This document shows, in pieces, positions 1 to 12,830 of a stretch of 64,000 bases of DNA; the first letter of the stretch is position 1; each line of letters opens with the position of its first letter. The DNA is taken from positions 992,001-1,056,000 of the forward strand of contig JBFWVL010000001.1 in NCBI GenBank assembly GCA_050246755.1. The letters run 5' to 3'. Source of the DNA: Bacteriovoracia bacterium. GTDB lineage: Bacteria > Bdellovibrionota > UBA1018 > CAIPTA01. The position numbers were made by a program, and so were the translations under genes. Under the pieces are notes generated by a model. It saw only the letters and a list, made by a program, of their open reading frames with translations, made no database searches and was not told the origin of the DNA.

Positions 1-232
1 CCGCCAAGCGTTCAGCCGCGCGGTCCATATCGGGTAATAAAAAAGGATCCGGAAGGTACTTGAGGCTTGGCTCTAGAAAACGCTTTACAGCATCCAGGCT
101 CTGATCGCCCCAATGCCGCATGCGATGAAATAAAACTTTCGCGGTCCAGAGAGGAACTTTGAGGGAAACGGCTAGGTCTTCGGGACGCAACCCGCTCGTA
201 AGCGCTTCCTCTTCCTTCACGCGCCAGCTCAC
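1..232 (-). CDS. recJ: ssDNA exonuclease RecJ, N-terminal part (runs off the left edge)
   Basis: Manual translation from GTG at 232: MSWRVKEEE...RFLEPSLKYLPDPFLLPDMDRAAERLA, the typical RecJ N-terminal 'FL.P....L.DP..L.DM..A..R' segment. Not in the ORF track. Confidence 0.8.
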   Translation of the reverse strand, partial: MSWRVKEEEALTSGLRPEDLAVSLKVPLWTAKVLFHRMRHWGDQSLDAVKRFLEPSLKYLPDPFLLPDMDRAAERLA

Positions 233-237
233 GGAAC

Positions 238-2743
<2,506 letters not shown>

Positions 2744-2796
2744 CTTACGACTCCCAGGTGATTGGATGCGTGTAGGAAAGAAGGGCAAAAACCTGC

Positions 2797-2825
2797 TTCC
2801 ACCCGTCATTACGCCTTGTTACGAT
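2797..2825 (+). promoter_or_regulatory. candidate sigma70 promoter for the tadA-like gene (possibly leaderless)
   Basis: TTCCAC-17nt-TACGAT with TG extension, ending 6 nt before ATG 2832; no SD. Confidence 0.35.
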
Positions 2826-2831
2826 GATTTT

Positions 2832-3923
2832 ATGGAAAAAGTAAGCCTGAACTTCGGCCCCCTGCTCCCCATCATCCAGGATGATTCCGTCTCGGAAATC
2901 ATGGTGAATCAGTTCGATAAAATCTATATCGAAAAGGGTGGCAAGCTCCAGCTCACTCCCATTAAGTTTCCCTCGGAAACCCTGCTCTTAGAGCTTATCC
3001 AGGGGATTGCTCGTTCCACGGGCCGAGAAATTTCCACCGAACGTCCAGCGATGGACAGCTATCTTCCCGATGGTTCCCGCATAAACGCCGTACTCCCGCC
3101 GATGGCGCCCAAGGGGGCTTCCCTTACCATCCGTAAATTCCGTAAAAGCCCGTTCAAAATGCAGGACTATATTAAGGCAGGAACGCTTACCGACAAGGCA
3201 GCCTACTTTCTGCATGCTTGCCTAATTTCCCGCATGAATTTGATTGTAAGTGGGGGCACTGGAACCGGAAAAACAACCTTCTTGAATGCCCTTTCCGGAT
3301 TAATCCCTGAAGGCGAGCGCGTTATTACAATTGAAGACGTAGCGGAGCTAAACTTACAGCATCCTAATTGGGTACGCCTGGAATCGGTGTATCAGCCTGG
3401 CAAAGGGTCGATAACCACGCGCGATTGCTTGATCAACGCCCTGCGCATGCGTCCCGACCGAATTGTGGTGGGAGAGTGCCGCCGCGATGAAACCTTCGAG
3501 ATGCTTCAGGCAATGAACACCGGCCACGACGGCTCCATGACAACCGTCCATGCCAATACTTCGCGCGATTGCCTCATCCGCATCGAAAGCCTAATTCTTA
3601 CCTCTAACGTGGAAATGCCGCTTCAGGCCCTCCGCCGTCAGATGGCTTCCGCCGTGCACGTAATCGTGCAGTTAAAGCGTCTAAAGAGCGGTCAGAGAGT
3701 GGTTCAGGAAATTGTGGAGGTTACGGGCCTGGAACAAAGCACGATTACGACCCACGCTTTATTTCATCGGGAAAAAAAGAAAGGGACGGCGGCCGGAGAA
3801 ACCGAGCAGCTTCTGGCTACGGGTCTAGTACCCCATTTTGCCGAACGCTTTCACGACAGCGGCGTTCAGTTCCCGCCTAACTTTTTCGATCCGGGAACGA
3901 CTATCACTTACCAGCCGGATTAA
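2832..3923 (+). CDS. CpaF/TadA-family secretion/pilus ATPase (short form)
   Basis: VSEIMVN, LPDGSRINA, Walker A SGGTGTGKTT, TIED..EL, ALRMRPDRIVVGE, AMNTGHDG; likely start ATG 2832. Confidence 0.92.
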   Translation: MEKVSLNFGPLLPIIQDDSVSEIMVNQFDKIYIEKGGKLQLTPIKFPSETLLLELIQGIARSTGREISTERPAMDSYLPDGSRINAVLPPMAPKGASLTIRKFRKSPFKMQDYIKAGTLTDKAAYFLHACLISRMNLIVSGGTGTGKTTFLNALSGLIPEGERVITIEDVAELNLQHPNWVRLESVYQPGKGSITTRDCLINALRMRPDRIVVGECRRDETFEMLQAMNTGHDGSMTTVHANTSRDCLIRIESLILTSNVEMPLQALRRQMASAVHVIVQLKRLKSGQRVVQEIVEVTGLEQSTITTHALFHREKKKGTAAGETEQLLATGLVPHFAERFHDSGVQFPPNFFDPGTTITYQPD

Positions 3924-4674
3924 CCTTAACGCCCCCATAAGCGTTCAATAAGCGATGCACTTTATTCAGTAGCTCCCACTGAATCATGCCGAGATTATTT
4001 TCTTTAGCCCAATTGAAATGGAAGATCTCTTCCGTCTTATTTCTCTGGGGAATACCAAAATTCACGTTTTGCCTTGCCCATCGGGCGGCAATTGCGGCGT
4101 ACCAAGCGGCTAAGGTTTCTTTGTTTTCTTTTCGCTTGTCCGCCTCACTGATAACTCTCTCGCCTAATTCACGCTTCATCGTAAATAGAGAAGAACCCAT
4201 GTTTTGTTTTGCATAATTTTCCGAGGCTGCCTTTACCTTGGGGTCCTGTTCGCTAGATGCCGGCGAATCCATCATTGCCATCTCTAAAGCAAAAAAACGC
4301 AACGCCTTCACATCAGCGCGGCCTTGCTCGAGTCCAGTATACTCGGACGACAATACCATTCCGTGATAAACGCCCTCCACACTTCCGCGCTGAGAGAGAA
4401 CATTCGCCCAACCTTCAACTTCGCTTTTATCTTTAACGGGGCGGCCGAGCACCTGTTCAATCATCTCCGTGACCATCCAGCGATGAAATCCCATCTTTTC
4501 GGAAGGGCTCATCATGGCACCCGGCTCGGCAGCGACGTTCTTATTCTGAAGCACCGTCTTCGTTTTTGCGGGAAGGACTGAGTCTAGAAGCTCACATGAA
4601 GTGCAAAAAAAACAAACGGCAATGAGAAGAATCCCATTGCCGCCGCTATATCTCGTTCGAGATAAAATATTCAT
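3904..4674 (-). CDS. hypothetical lipoprotein with a DUF4214-like helical motif
   Basis: Signal/lipobox-like ILLIAVCFFCTSC; VLGR...W...LSQRGS..V...MVLSSEY resembles DUF4214 by eye. Confidence 0.6.
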   Translation of the reverse strand: MNILSRTRYSGGNGILLIAVCFFCTSCELLDSVLPAKTKTVLQNKNVAAEPGAMMSPSEKMGFHRWMVTEMIEQVLGRPVKDKSEVEGWANVLSQRGSVEGVYHGMVLSSEYTGLEQGRADVKALRFFALEMAMMDSPASSEQDPKVKAASENYAKQNMGSSLFTMKRELGERVISEADKRKENKETLAAWYAAIAARWARQNVNFGIPQRNKTEEIFHFNWAKENNLGMIQWELLNKVHRLLNAYGGVKVNPAGK

Positions 4675-4685
4675 TTCAGGCTAGA

Positions 4686-5243
4686 TCAGGTACCACGGCT
4701 TCCGGAACCCTGAATGGCTCCAGACTTACCGGCTTTGCCAGTCGTTTTCTTAACGCCAGGCTTGCCTTTAGCTTCTTTGGCAGCCTTGGGGGCAGTGGCG
4801 CGGGCTTTCTTGGCAACCTTAGCAGCGGCCTTAGTATCAGCGCGGTCCTTCTTCAACTCGTCTTTCGACTTCGAAGGAGGAAGAACGTAGTCTACGAACT
4901 CAAGCACGGCCATGGAAGCAGCATCGCCCGCGCGGGTTTCAGCAAGCTTTAACACGCGAGTGTATCCACCCTTACGATCTTTAAACCGAGGGGCAACTTC
5001 ATCGAAAAGCTTCTTCACGTGAAAATCGCTGCGCAAAATAGAAAATGCGCGGCGGCGATCAGCCAAAGTGCCACTTTTGCCTTTGGTAACGAGACGCTCA
5101 ACCACGCGACGCAGCTCTTTAGCTTTCGGCAAAGTCGTTTCGATACGACCGTGTTCGATCAGACTATTGGACGCATTCGCGAACATAGCCAAACGGTGAG
5201 CCGTCTTCTTACCTAATTTACGATAACCAACACCATGATACAT
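4686..5243 (-). CDS. rplQ: 50S ribosomal protein bL17 with a long Lys/Ala-rich C-tail
   Basis: IETTLPKAKELR, RKGGYTRVLK, RAGDAA; follows rpoA. Confidence 0.97.
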   Translation of the reverse strand: MYHGVGYRKLGKKTAHRLAMFANASNSLIEHGRIETTLPKAKELRRVVERLVTKGKSGTLADRRRAFSILRSDFHVKKLFDEVAPRFKDRKGGYTRVLKLAETRAGDAASMAVLEFVDYVLPPSKSKDELKKDRADTKAAAKVAKKARATAPKAAKEAKGKPGVKKTTGKAGKSGAIQGSGSRGT

Positions 5244-5299
5244 AACCTACTCCTCGTCGGCCTTACCTTCGCGGAAAAGCCACCCGCAAAATTCAAAAA

Positions 5300-6391
5300 C
5301 TATTCGAGATCTTCGCCGTCGTCCTCGTCGTCGAGATCTTCATCACCAAGATCACCCTCATTCTCAACGCGAGGCTGAGGAGTTCCGGTGGTGGTAATTG
5401 CCGGGGGCACAAAACCATCCAGCTTCATTCCAAGATGTAAACCCATGCTGGCAAGAATTTCTTTGATCTCGTTTAGAGACTTACGGCCAAAATTTTTCGT
5501 GCGAAGCATTTCTGCTTCGGTTTTCTGAACCAACTCGTAAATGTATTTGATATTGGCGTTCTGTAGGCAGTTTGCACTGCGAACAGAAAGTTCAAGCTCA
5601 TCCACGGTACGGTAGAGATTCGGGTTGAAGCTTTCTTGCTTAGCGGTTTGCTCTTCAGGAAGAGGCTCTTCTTCTTCTTGGAAGTTCAAGAAAACGGTCA
5701 TCTGATCGCGGATGATTTTCGAGCTAAGAGCCACAGCGTCTTCGGGGCGAACCGAGCCGTCGGTCCAAACTTCTAGCTGAAGCTTGTCGTAGTCGGTTCT
5801 TTGACCAACGCGCGCCTGAGTTACCGTGTAGTTAACCTTACGCACCGGCGAGAAGATCGAATCGATAGCGATCCAGCCAATGGGAAGATCTTCGTTTTTA
5901 TTATTCTCGGCCGGAACGAAACCGCGGCCAGTCTTAATGAGCAGCTCGGCTTTGAACTTCCCTTCTTTCCCGAGGGCACAAATTTTGTGGTTAGGGTTCA
6001 ATACTTCAACCAATCCACCAGTATTGATATCGCCGGCGCGAAGAATTCCTTCGCCATCTTTTTCAATCGTCACGGTGAACTGATTCGCCGAAGTAAGGGC
6101 TTTCAAGCGAATTTCTTTGATGTTCAGAATCGTTTCAGTAACGTCTTCTGCGATGTCGGCCATTGTCGAGAATTCGTGTTGAACGCCGTGAATACGAAGC
6201 GCTGCCACTGCTGTTCCCTGCAAGGAACCAAGTAGGACACGACGCAACGAATTTCCAAGAGTGGTGCCATAGCCACGCTCAAGGGGACGAGCAACAAACT
6301 TCGCATAAACTTGGGTGGAAGATCCGGCGTCTACCTCCAAAGCACGTGGCTTAATCAGGTCACGCCAATTTCTTTGCATATTCGGAATCAT
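5300..6391 (-). CDS. rpoA: RNA polymerase subunit alpha
   Basis: [40 protein letters not shown]; acidic tail. Confidence 0.99.
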   Translation of the reverse strand: MIPNMQRNWRDLIKPRALEVDAGSSTQVYAKFVARPLERGYGTTLGNSLRRVLLGSLQGTAVAALRIHGVQHEFSTMADIAEDVTETILNIKEIRLKALTSANQFTVTIEKDGEGILRAGDINTGGLVEVLNPNHKICALGKEGKFKAELLIKTGRGFVPAENNKNEDLPIGWIAIDSIFSPVRKVNYTVTQARVGQRTDYDKLQLEVWTDGSVRPEDAVALSSKIIRDQMTVFLNFQEEEEPLPEEQTAKQESFNPNLYRTVDELELSVRSANCLQNANIKYIYELVQKTEAEMLRTKNFGRKSLNEIKEILASMGLHLGMKLDGFVPPAITTTGTPQPRVENEGDLGDEDLDDEDDGEDLE

Positions 6392-6432
6392 TAAGAAGCT
6401 CCCTTCTAAAAAGCTCTAAAACGTAATCAAAA

Positions 6433-7059
6433 TTATTTGGAGTACAGCTCTACAACCATGCGCTCTTCTACTGGGATCGTAATATCGTCCCGAGCAGGCA
6501 GGTCTTTAATCGTGGCCTTAAACGCAGCCTTATCCACATCTAGCCATTGAGGAGACTCACGATTCTTCGCGGACTCCAAGGAGGCCATAATCGCCACAAT
6601 TTTTTGGCTCTTCTCGCCAACCGAAACCACATCGCCTTTTTTTACAATATAAGCGGGGATATCGAGGCGCTTTCCGTTCACATTCACGTGGCCATGGCGA
6701 ACCACGATACGAGATTGGGTACGGCTTCCCCCCAGCCCCATCCGGTAGGCAACGTTATCCAAACGACGCTCGAGAAGCGAAAGCAGGTTAGTACCAGTTA
6801 CACCTTTCATACGCTCGGCACGCTCAAAGTAAGCGCGGAACTGCTTCTCCATAAGACCGTAAAGGCGTTTCAGCTTTTGCTTTTCGCGCAGCTGCAAGGC
6901 GTATTCAGAAAACTTAATGCGGCCGTGGCCGTGCTGTCCTGGCGGATAGGCACGGCGCTCAAAAGCGCATTTTTCGGTTAAGCAGCGCTCAGCCTTGAGA
7001 AACAACTTTTGGTTCTCTCGGCGGCAAATTCTGCATACGGGTCCAGTATAACGAGCCAT
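6433..7059 (-). CDS. rpsD: 30S ribosomal protein uS4 (Zn-ribbon type)
   Basis: MARYTGPVCRICRR, LERRLDN, VELYSK. Confidence 0.99.
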   Translation of the reverse strand: MARYTGPVCRICRRENQKLFLKAERCLTEKCAFERRAYPPGQHGHGRIKFSEYALQLREKQKLKRLYGLMEKQFRAYFERAERMKGVTGTNLLSLLERRLDNVAYRMGLGGSRTQSRIVVRHGHVNVNGKRLDIPAYIVKKGDVVSVGEKSQKIVAIMASLESAKNRESPQWLDVDKAAFKATIKDLPARDDITIPVEERMVVELYSK

Positions 7060-7077
7060 ACGATCCTCTCTAGAAAC

Positions 7078-7536
7078 TTAAACGCGGCGACGCTTCGGCG
7101 GGCGGCAACCATTGTGTGGAACTGGGGTAGTATCTTTAATCTGAGAAACGCGAATACCGGCGGACTGGATCGCGCGCAGCGCGGACTCACGTCCGGTGCC
7201 TGGTCCTTTTACTTCTACCGATACAGTGCGAAGACCATGCTCCATAGCCTTGCGAACCGCATCTTCTGCCGCAACCTGAGCCGCGAAAGGCGTATTCTTA
7301 CGGCTGCCGCGAAACCCCTTAGCTCCCGCACTGGACCAAGCGATCACGTTACCCGTGGCATCGGCTACGGAAACGATAGTGTTGTTAAAAGTTGCGGCAA
7401 TATAAACGATGCCATTAGCAATGTTTTTCTTGCCCTTCTTCTTGCGTACGACAGTTGCGGCTTCGCCGGCCGCAGGAGCAGCTGCGGGATCCACCGCGGC
7501 GGCAACTTCTTCGGGCTTTGCTGTTTGTTCGGCCAT
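7078..7536 (-). CDS. rpsK: 30S ribosomal protein uS11 with an Ala-rich N-extension
   Basis: [27 protein letters not shown]. Confidence 0.99.
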   Translation of the reverse strand: MAEQTAKPEEVAAAVDPAAAPAAGEAATVVRKKKGKKNIANGIVYIAATFNNTIVSVADATGNVIAWSSAGAKGFRGSRKNTPFAAQVAAEDAVRKAMEHGLRTVSVEVKGPGTGRESALRAIQSAGIRVSQIKDTTPVPHNGCRPPKRRRV

Positions 7537-7576
7537 TTTCTAATTCCCTTCTACAAATCTAAAAAATATAAATTGT

Positions 7577-7960
7577 TTACTTCATCGCCTTAACCGACTT
7601 TTTGCCGGCAATCGCCACCGCTTTACCTTTGCGGGTTCTAGCGTTCGAATGAGTGCGTTGCCCACGAACCGGAAGGCCGCGGCGATGACGAAGGCCGCGA
7701 TAGCACCCGAGGTCTACAAGGCGCTTAATGTTCATCGTGGTTTCGCGACGAAGGTCACCCTCTACCTTATAAGCCCGCTCGAGAATCTCTCTGATCTTCG
7801 AAACGTCACCTTCGGTCAAATCGTCAGAGCTTCTGTCGAAAGGGATTTTCGCTTCGGTAAGAATTTTCTTTGCGCGCGAGCGGCCGATACCAAAAATGGC
7901 AGTTAAAGCGATTTCAATTTTTTTGCTTCTCGGAAGGTCTGTTCCTGCGATACGAGCCAT
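7577..7960 (-). CDS. rpsM: 30S ribosomal protein uS13
   Basis: [23 protein letters not shown]. Confidence 0.99.
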   Translation of the reverse strand: MARIAGTDLPRSKKIEIALTAIFGIGRSRAKKILTEAKIPFDRSSDDLTEGDVSKIREILERAYKVEGDLRRETTMNIKRLVDLGCYRGLRHRRGLPVRGQRTHSNARTRKGKAVAIAGKKSVKAMK

Positions 7961-7979
7961 GTTCCTAAATCTCCCTTAT

Positions 7980-8096
7980 TTAACCTTGACGTTGCTTGTG
8001 GCGGGGGTCGGCCTTGCAAATTACTCGCACGACGCCTTTTCTACGAACCACTTCGCATTTTACACAAATCTTTTTTACTGAAGCCCTGACTTTCAT
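7980..8096 (-). CDS. rpmJ: 50S ribosomal protein bL36 (Zn type)
   Basis: Manual translation [38 protein letters not shown] (38 aa); below the ORF-track length cutoff. Confidence 0.97.
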   Translation of the reverse strand: MKVRASVKKICVKCEVVRRKGVVRVICKADPRHKQRQG

Positions 8097-8310
8097 TTCT
8101 TACTCCAAAAACGTAAATAAAGCCTATTTGCCCGGACCCGAAAAAACCCTTGCCAAAATCGCGAAGAAAAAACCTCTTCGCGCTGACTCCCCCGGGAACT
8201 TTCGGGATAAATGCCAGAACCACCTATAAAGTGTAAAAACCCAAATCTTGTTAAGTGGTAGCACTCCTCCGTACCATGGTAGCGCTGCCTTTTTCAATGG
8301 CTTTTTACCC

Positions 8311-8961
8311 CTACGAAGCCACTCCTATTGCTTTCATAATCCGTTCAAAAATGTCCTTTTCGGCGCCATCCGCCCTGATCTCCCGAAGGCGTCCTTGATG
8401 CTGATAAAAGTCAGCCACCGGCTTAGTAGAAGCCAAAAACGTAGCTAGCCGGGTCTCCACAACTTCCGGCTTATCGTCCTCGCGCTTAATTACCTTTCCG
8501 GCACACACGTCGCAAATTCCGCTCTTATGGGGCGGCTTAGTGCGCTCGTGGTAACTTGAGCCGCAATTTGCACATACTAAGCGCCCCGATAGGCGATCCA
8601 CTAACTCCTTACGATCAACCACAAAACTGAGAACATGACTCAGTTTTAGGCCAAGGCCATCTAACATGGCATCCAATGCCTGGGCTTGAGCCACTGTTCT
8701 GGGAAAACCGTCCAACATAAAGCCATTTTTGCAGTCCGCTTGCTTAATGCGATTTTGGATCAGATCAACCATGAGCGAATCGGGCACCAACTGTCCCTTA
8801 TTCATGAATTCTTTCGCCCTAACGCCTAGCGCAGATCCCTCTTTAATGGCCTCACGGAGCATATCTCCCGTAGAAAGCTGAGGAATGTTAAGTGCCTTAA
8901 CTAAAGCCTTGGCCTGCGTCCCCTTACCAGATCCAGGCGGGCCAAATAGCGCAAAGATCAT
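8311..8961 (-). CDS. adk: adenylate kinase (Zn-LID type)
   Basis: GPPGSGKGTQA, STGDMLR, LDGFPRT, CxxC...CxxC LID. Confidence 0.98.
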   Translation of the reverse strand: MIFALFGPPGSGKGTQAKALVKALNIPQLSTGDMLREAIKEGSALGVRAKEFMNKGQLVPDSLMVDLIQNRIKQADCKNGFMLDGFPRTVAQAQALDAMLDGLGLKLSHVLSFVVDRKELVDRLSGRLVCANCGSSYHERTKPPHKSGICDVCAGKVIKREDDKPEVVETRLATFLASTKPVADFYQHQGRLREIRADGAEKDIFERIMKAIGVAS

Positions 8962-10259
8962 TAGGCTCCCTTACGGCCCTTCATGCGCATATTCCCCATA
9001 AAGGTATCATAATGGCGGCTAAGTAAATGAGACTCCACTTGCGCCAAGGTGTCCATGGCAACACCCACGAGAATGAGAACGCTAGTACCGCCAATATAAA
9101 AAGGGATCTTCAGCGAATTACCAAGAAGCGTGGGAAGTACGCAAATCGCCGAGATATACGCCGCCCCCAAAACAGTGATCCGCACCAACACATAATCAAT
9201 AAATTCCGCAGTCTTTTCGCCCGGACGAATTCCAGGAATAAATGCACCATATTTACGAAGATTATCGGCCACATCGTCTGTCTTAAAAGTAACGGCCGTA
9301 TAGAAGAAGCAGAAAAACACGATCAAGCTCACGAATAGAACGTCATGCACGATCCCGCCGCGCAATAAATCTGTAAGTTTTACCATCATGGGCGTCTGAA
9401 TCATCATGGTCACCGTGGCGGGTAGCATGATTAATGAAGAGGCGAAAATCGGCGGAATAACACCCGAGCTGTTAATTTTCAGCGGCAAATGAGTACTTTG
9501 ACCGCCATACATTTTTCTGCCGACAACCCGCTTCGCATACTGAATAGGAATACGGCGTTGGCCACGTTCCATAAAAATAATTACAAAGAATACAGAGAAA
9601 ATAATCGCGCCAAGAAGGAGAAGCTTCATGAAGTTCAGCTCGCCGGTCTTGAATAAATTCCAGGCACTGCTGAATCCGGAAGGAATATGAGATGCAATAC
9701 CGGCAAAAATGATCAAGGAGGTACCATTTCCTATCCCGCGCTCAGTAATCTGTTCCCCCAACCACATGAGAAACATCGTTCCACCAAGCAAGGTGATCAT
9801 CGTCAAAATGCGGAAGCTCCAGCCTGGATCTAATACCACCTGAGGATTGTGCATTTGCTCAAGCCCCACGGAAATCCCATAGCCCTGAACCAAACAAAGC
9901 GCTGCAGTTGCGATTCTCGTGTACTGATTGATTTTCTTGGTTCCTGACTCGCCTTCTTTTTGCAGGGCCGCGAGAGTAGGTGAAACAACCGTGAGAAGCT
10001 GAAAGATAATGGAAGCCGAGATATACGGCATCACGCCGAGGGCCATGATCGAGAATCTCTCGAGCGCGCCGCCGGAAAACATATTAAACCAGCCGAAAAT
10101 AGTACCCGATTGCTTGGCGAAAAACGCCATCATTGCATCGGAATTTACGCCAGGAGTGGGAATATGAACGCCCAGCCGGTATACGGCTAGGGCGAACAAG
10201 GTATACAGGATTTTTTTTCTAAGCTCTGGGATCTTAAAGAGACCGTCAGCTCCGGACAT
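8961..10259 (-). CDS. secY: preprotein translocase SecY
   Basis: SIMALGVMPYISASII, GIGNGTSLIIF, IPGIRPG. Confidence 0.99.
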   Translation of the reverse strand: MSGADGLFKIPELRKKILYTLFALAVYRLGVHIPTPGVNSDAMMAFFAKQSGTIFGWFNMFSGGALERFSIMALGVMPYISASIIFQLLTVVSPTLAALQKEGESGTKKINQYTRIATAALCLVQGYGISVGLEQMHNPQVVLDPGWSFRILTMITLLGGTMFLMWLGEQITERGIGNGTSLIIFAGIASHIPSGFSSAWNLFKTGELNFMKLLLLGAIIFSVFFVIIFMERGQRRIPIQYAKRVVGRKMYGGQSTHLPLKINSSGVIPPIFASSLIMLPATVTMMIQTPMMVKLTDLLRGGIVHDVLFVSLIVFFCFFYTAVTFKTDDVADNLRKYGAFIPGIRPGEKTAEFIDYVLVRITVLGAAYISAICVLPTLLGNSLKIPFYIGGTSVLILVGVAMDTLAQVESHLLSRHYDTFMGNMRMKGRKGA

Positions 10260-10698
10260 CGATCACCTCAAGCTTAGCGCCCGCTTTTTCCAACTTCGTT
10301 TTCGCGCTCTCACTGAACTTGTGAGCCTTGATCGTGATTGCTTTTTTAATTTCGCCAACGCCCAGTACTTTCAACAAGGGCTCAGTACCTTTCAGGTATC
10401 CAGCAGCACGCAAAGACTCCAAAGAAAACTCTTTGAGATCGATTTCGTTCAGCTCAGCCAAATTGATGAGAGCGTAATGCTTGCGAGTAAAGTTATGAAA
10501 TCCGCGCTTAGGAATACGGCGAATCATCGGGGTTTGACCACCCTCATAACCAATTCTGCGTCCGCCGCCTTTACGAGCGAGCAATCCCTTGTGGCCCTTA
10601 CCGGAAGTGTCACCTTTACCGGAACCGGCCCCACGGCCAAGACGTTTTACTTTGTGGGTCGAACCCTTCGCGCCCTTTAATTCACCTAAACGGATCAT
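10246..10698 (-). CDS. rplO: 50S ribosomal protein uL15
   Basis: RLGRGAGSG, YEGGQTP..RRIPKRGF. Confidence 0.98.
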   Translation of the reverse strand: MIRLGELKGAKGSTHKVKRLGRGAGSGKGDTSGKGHKGLLARKGGGRRIGYEGGQTPMIRRIPKRGFHNFTRKHYALINLAELNEIDLKEFSLESLRAAGYLKGTEPLLKVLGVGEIKKAITIKAHKFSESAKTKLEKAGAKLEVIDVRS

Positions 10699-10707
10699 GG
10701 CGTCTCC

Positions 10708-10896
10708 TTATTCTTCTTTAACTACTTGAACCAAGTGGATGACTTTTTTAATCATCCCACGGATAGCGGGGGTATTGAGGAGCTTGCGCTCGTCTTGCAA
10801 CTTGCGAAGGCCCAATCCACGAACCGTGTCGATTTGGTCCTGGGGGCATCCGATGGTGCTTCTAATAAATTTAATCGTAATGGATTTTTTAGCCAT
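10708..10896 (-). CDS. rpmD: 50S ribosomal protein uL30
   Basis: RSTIG, GLGLRK, TPAIRGMI; operon position. Confidence 0.96.
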   Translation of the reverse strand: MAKKSITIKFIRSTIGCPQDQIDTVRGLGLRKLQDERKLLNTPAIRGMIKKVIHLVQVVKEE

Positions 10897-10911
10897 GGCT
10901 TCTTTTCTTTC

Positions 10912-11436
10912 TTACAAGATCTCGGCAACGGCTTTGTTGCGAGCTTTTGCGATTTTTTCGAATTCCCGCAAGCGCTTCAAACCATCCATCGTAGCTTTCA
11001 CTACGTTATGCGGGTTGCGGCTACGAAGAGTTTTGGTGCGTACATTCTGAAGGCCAGCAGCCTCAAGAATTCCGCGTACGGTAGCGGAGGCAATAACGCC
11101 AGTACCTTCCACGGCGGGCTTCATGAGTACTCGGCCAGAGCAAAATTTGCCAATAATATCATGAGGAATCGACTTCGCGTCCGAGGTGATCGGCACAAGA
11201 ATCATGTTTTTCTTCGCCTGCTTGGAAGCTTTTTTGATCGCCTCGGGCACTTCGTTTGCTTTTCCCAATCCAATACCCACGTGACCTTGACGATCGCCGG
11301 CAACAACGAGAGCAGAGAAGCTAAAGCGGCGACCGCCTTTCACTACTTTTGCCACGCGGTTGATATACAGCACCTTTTCTTCGTACTGGTTACCGTCAGC
11401 GTCTACGTTTCTTTTTTTATCGTTATTCTGGTTCAA
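10912..11436 (-). CDS. rpsE: 30S ribosomal protein uS5
   Basis: [26 protein letters not shown]. Confidence 0.98.
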   Translation of the reverse strand: MNQNNDKKRNVDADGNQYEEKVLYINRVAKVVKGGRRFSFSALVVAGDRQGHVGIGLGKANEVPEAIKKASKQAKKNMILVPITSDAKSIPHDIIGKFCSGRVLMKPAVEGTGVIASATVRGILEAAGLQNVRTKTLRSRNPHNVVKATMDGLKRLREFEKIAKARNKAVAEIL

Positions 11437-11457
11437 AGAAGCCTCCGAAAAATCTAA

Positions 11458-11832
11458 TTAAAACTTAAGTCCGCCTTCGCGAGCGCCGTCAGCAAATGCT
11501 TTTACTTTACCGTGGTAGAGATAGCCGGCACGATCAAAAACAACTTTATCGATCTTGGCGGCAGAGGCTTTCTTTGCCAATGCCTGGCCGAGAGCCTTAA
11601 CGCCATCTTTCGTATTTTGGGCCTTTCCCTTCAAATCCTTGCTGTTCGTCGCCATCGAGACAAGGGTCTGGGCCTTATCGTCATCGATAATCTGCGCATA
11701 GAAGGCAGTATTTGACCGGAATACGGCCAAACGAGGACGTTCGGCCGTACCCTTTACCTTAAAGCTAATGCGCTTTCGGCGACGTACCCGGTTACGAACT
11801 GAATCTGAAACTCTCTTACTAATCTTTTTCAC
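11458..11832 (-). CDS. rplR: 50S ribosomal protein uL18
   Basis: RPRLAVFRSN, VVFDRAGYLYHGKV, AREGGLKF. Confidence 0.98.
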   Translation of the reverse strand: MKKISKRVSDSVRNRVRRRKRISFKVKGTAERPRLAVFRSNTAFYAQIIDDDKAQTLVSMATNSKDLKGKAQNTKDGVKALGQALAKKASAAKIDKVVFDRAGYLYHGKVKAFADGAREGGLKF

Positions 11833-11850
11833 AAAAACTCCTGTTAAACT

Positions 11851-12402
11851 TTATTTCGCGCCAGCGGCGCCAGCAGCTTTACCAGCTTTGCGACGAACAA
11901 ATTCACCGGCGTAGCGAATGCCTTTACCTTGGTAAGGCTCGACGGGCTTTAAACCGCGAATTTCAGCCGATACAGCTCCCACGAGATGCTTGTCGGATCC
12001 AGAAATCGTGATCTTAGTATTTGCATCTACTTTCGCAGTAATTCCGGTCGGCAGAGCAAATGCAACGGGATGAGAAAAACCAAGGGTCATATTCAGGGTC
12101 TGCCCTTGTACAGCGGCGCGGTAACCCACCCCGTTGATCTCAAGCCCCTTAGAATAACCACTGGCCACGCCGTGCACGCAGTTAGCCAGCAAGGTTCGCG
12201 TAAGACCATGAAGCGCCGGAGCACCTTCCACACTGTCGTCACGAGTCACAAACATGTGGTCGCCTTCGATTTTAACTTTAATGCAGCTAGGCACTTTATG
12301 CGAAAGCTTACCTTTAGGACCTTCAAAGTTATAAACTTCGCCCTTGTTGGAAACTTTTACTCCAGCAGGAATTTTAATCGATTGTTTTCCGATACGAGAC
12401 AT
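11851..12402 (-). CDS. rplF: 50S ribosomal protein uL6
   Basis: MSRIGK, GVGYRA, EPYQGKGIRY. Confidence 0.98.
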   Translation of the reverse strand: MSRIGKQSIKIPAGVKVSNKGEVYNFEGPKGKLSHKVPSCIKVKIEGDHMFVTRDDSVEGAPALHGLTRTLLANCVHGVASGYSKGLEINGVGYRAAVQGQTLNMTLGFSHPVAFALPTGITAKVDANTKITISGSDKHLVGAVSAEIRGLKPVEPYQGKGIRYAGEFVRRKAGKAAGAAGAK

Positions 12403-12411
12403 AGCTTCTCC

Positions 12412-12804
12412 CTACCAAACCGAACAAATGAGCTCGCCGCCCACTCGCTGCTTCTTGGCTTCACGGCCCGTCATCACACCCTTAGGGGTGGACAAGATTA
12501 CGATACCGGCACCATTCAGTGTGCGCGGAATTTCGTCTACACCAACGTAGCGACGCAAGCCCGGCTTGCTCTCGCGATCGATGCCAGTGATGGCTTTATT
12601 TCCAGTTTCGGTCTTCAAATAAATCCGCAACGAATGCTTGCCATCGGCACGCACTAGACGAAAATTTTTAATATAGCCTTCGTCTTTAAGTACTCGGGCA
12701 ATATTCGCCTTCAAGCGAGAAACCGGTGCTTCAACAATGTCCAAATTGGCCATGTTGGCGTTACGAATTCTCGTTAAGAGGTCTGCTACAGGATCGGTAT
12801 ACAT
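12412..12804 (-). CDS. rpsH: 30S ribosomal protein uS8
   Basis: DPVADLLTRIRNA, SKPGLRRY, STPKGVM, GGELIC. Confidence 0.98.
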   Translation of the reverse strand: MYTDPVADLLTRIRNANMANLDIVEAPVSRLKANIARVLKDEGYIKNFRLVRADGKHSLRIYLKTETGNKAITGIDRESKPGLRRYVGVDEIPRTLNGAGIVILSTPKGVMTGREAKKQRVGGELICSVW

Positions 12805-12830
12805 TTTTCGATCTCCTTAAAATTCCAAAA

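Noticed and set aside
8041-8223. 60-aa ORF upstream of rpsM as infA
   Set aside because: No IF-1 OB-fold motifs; overlaps the real rpmJ in another frame.
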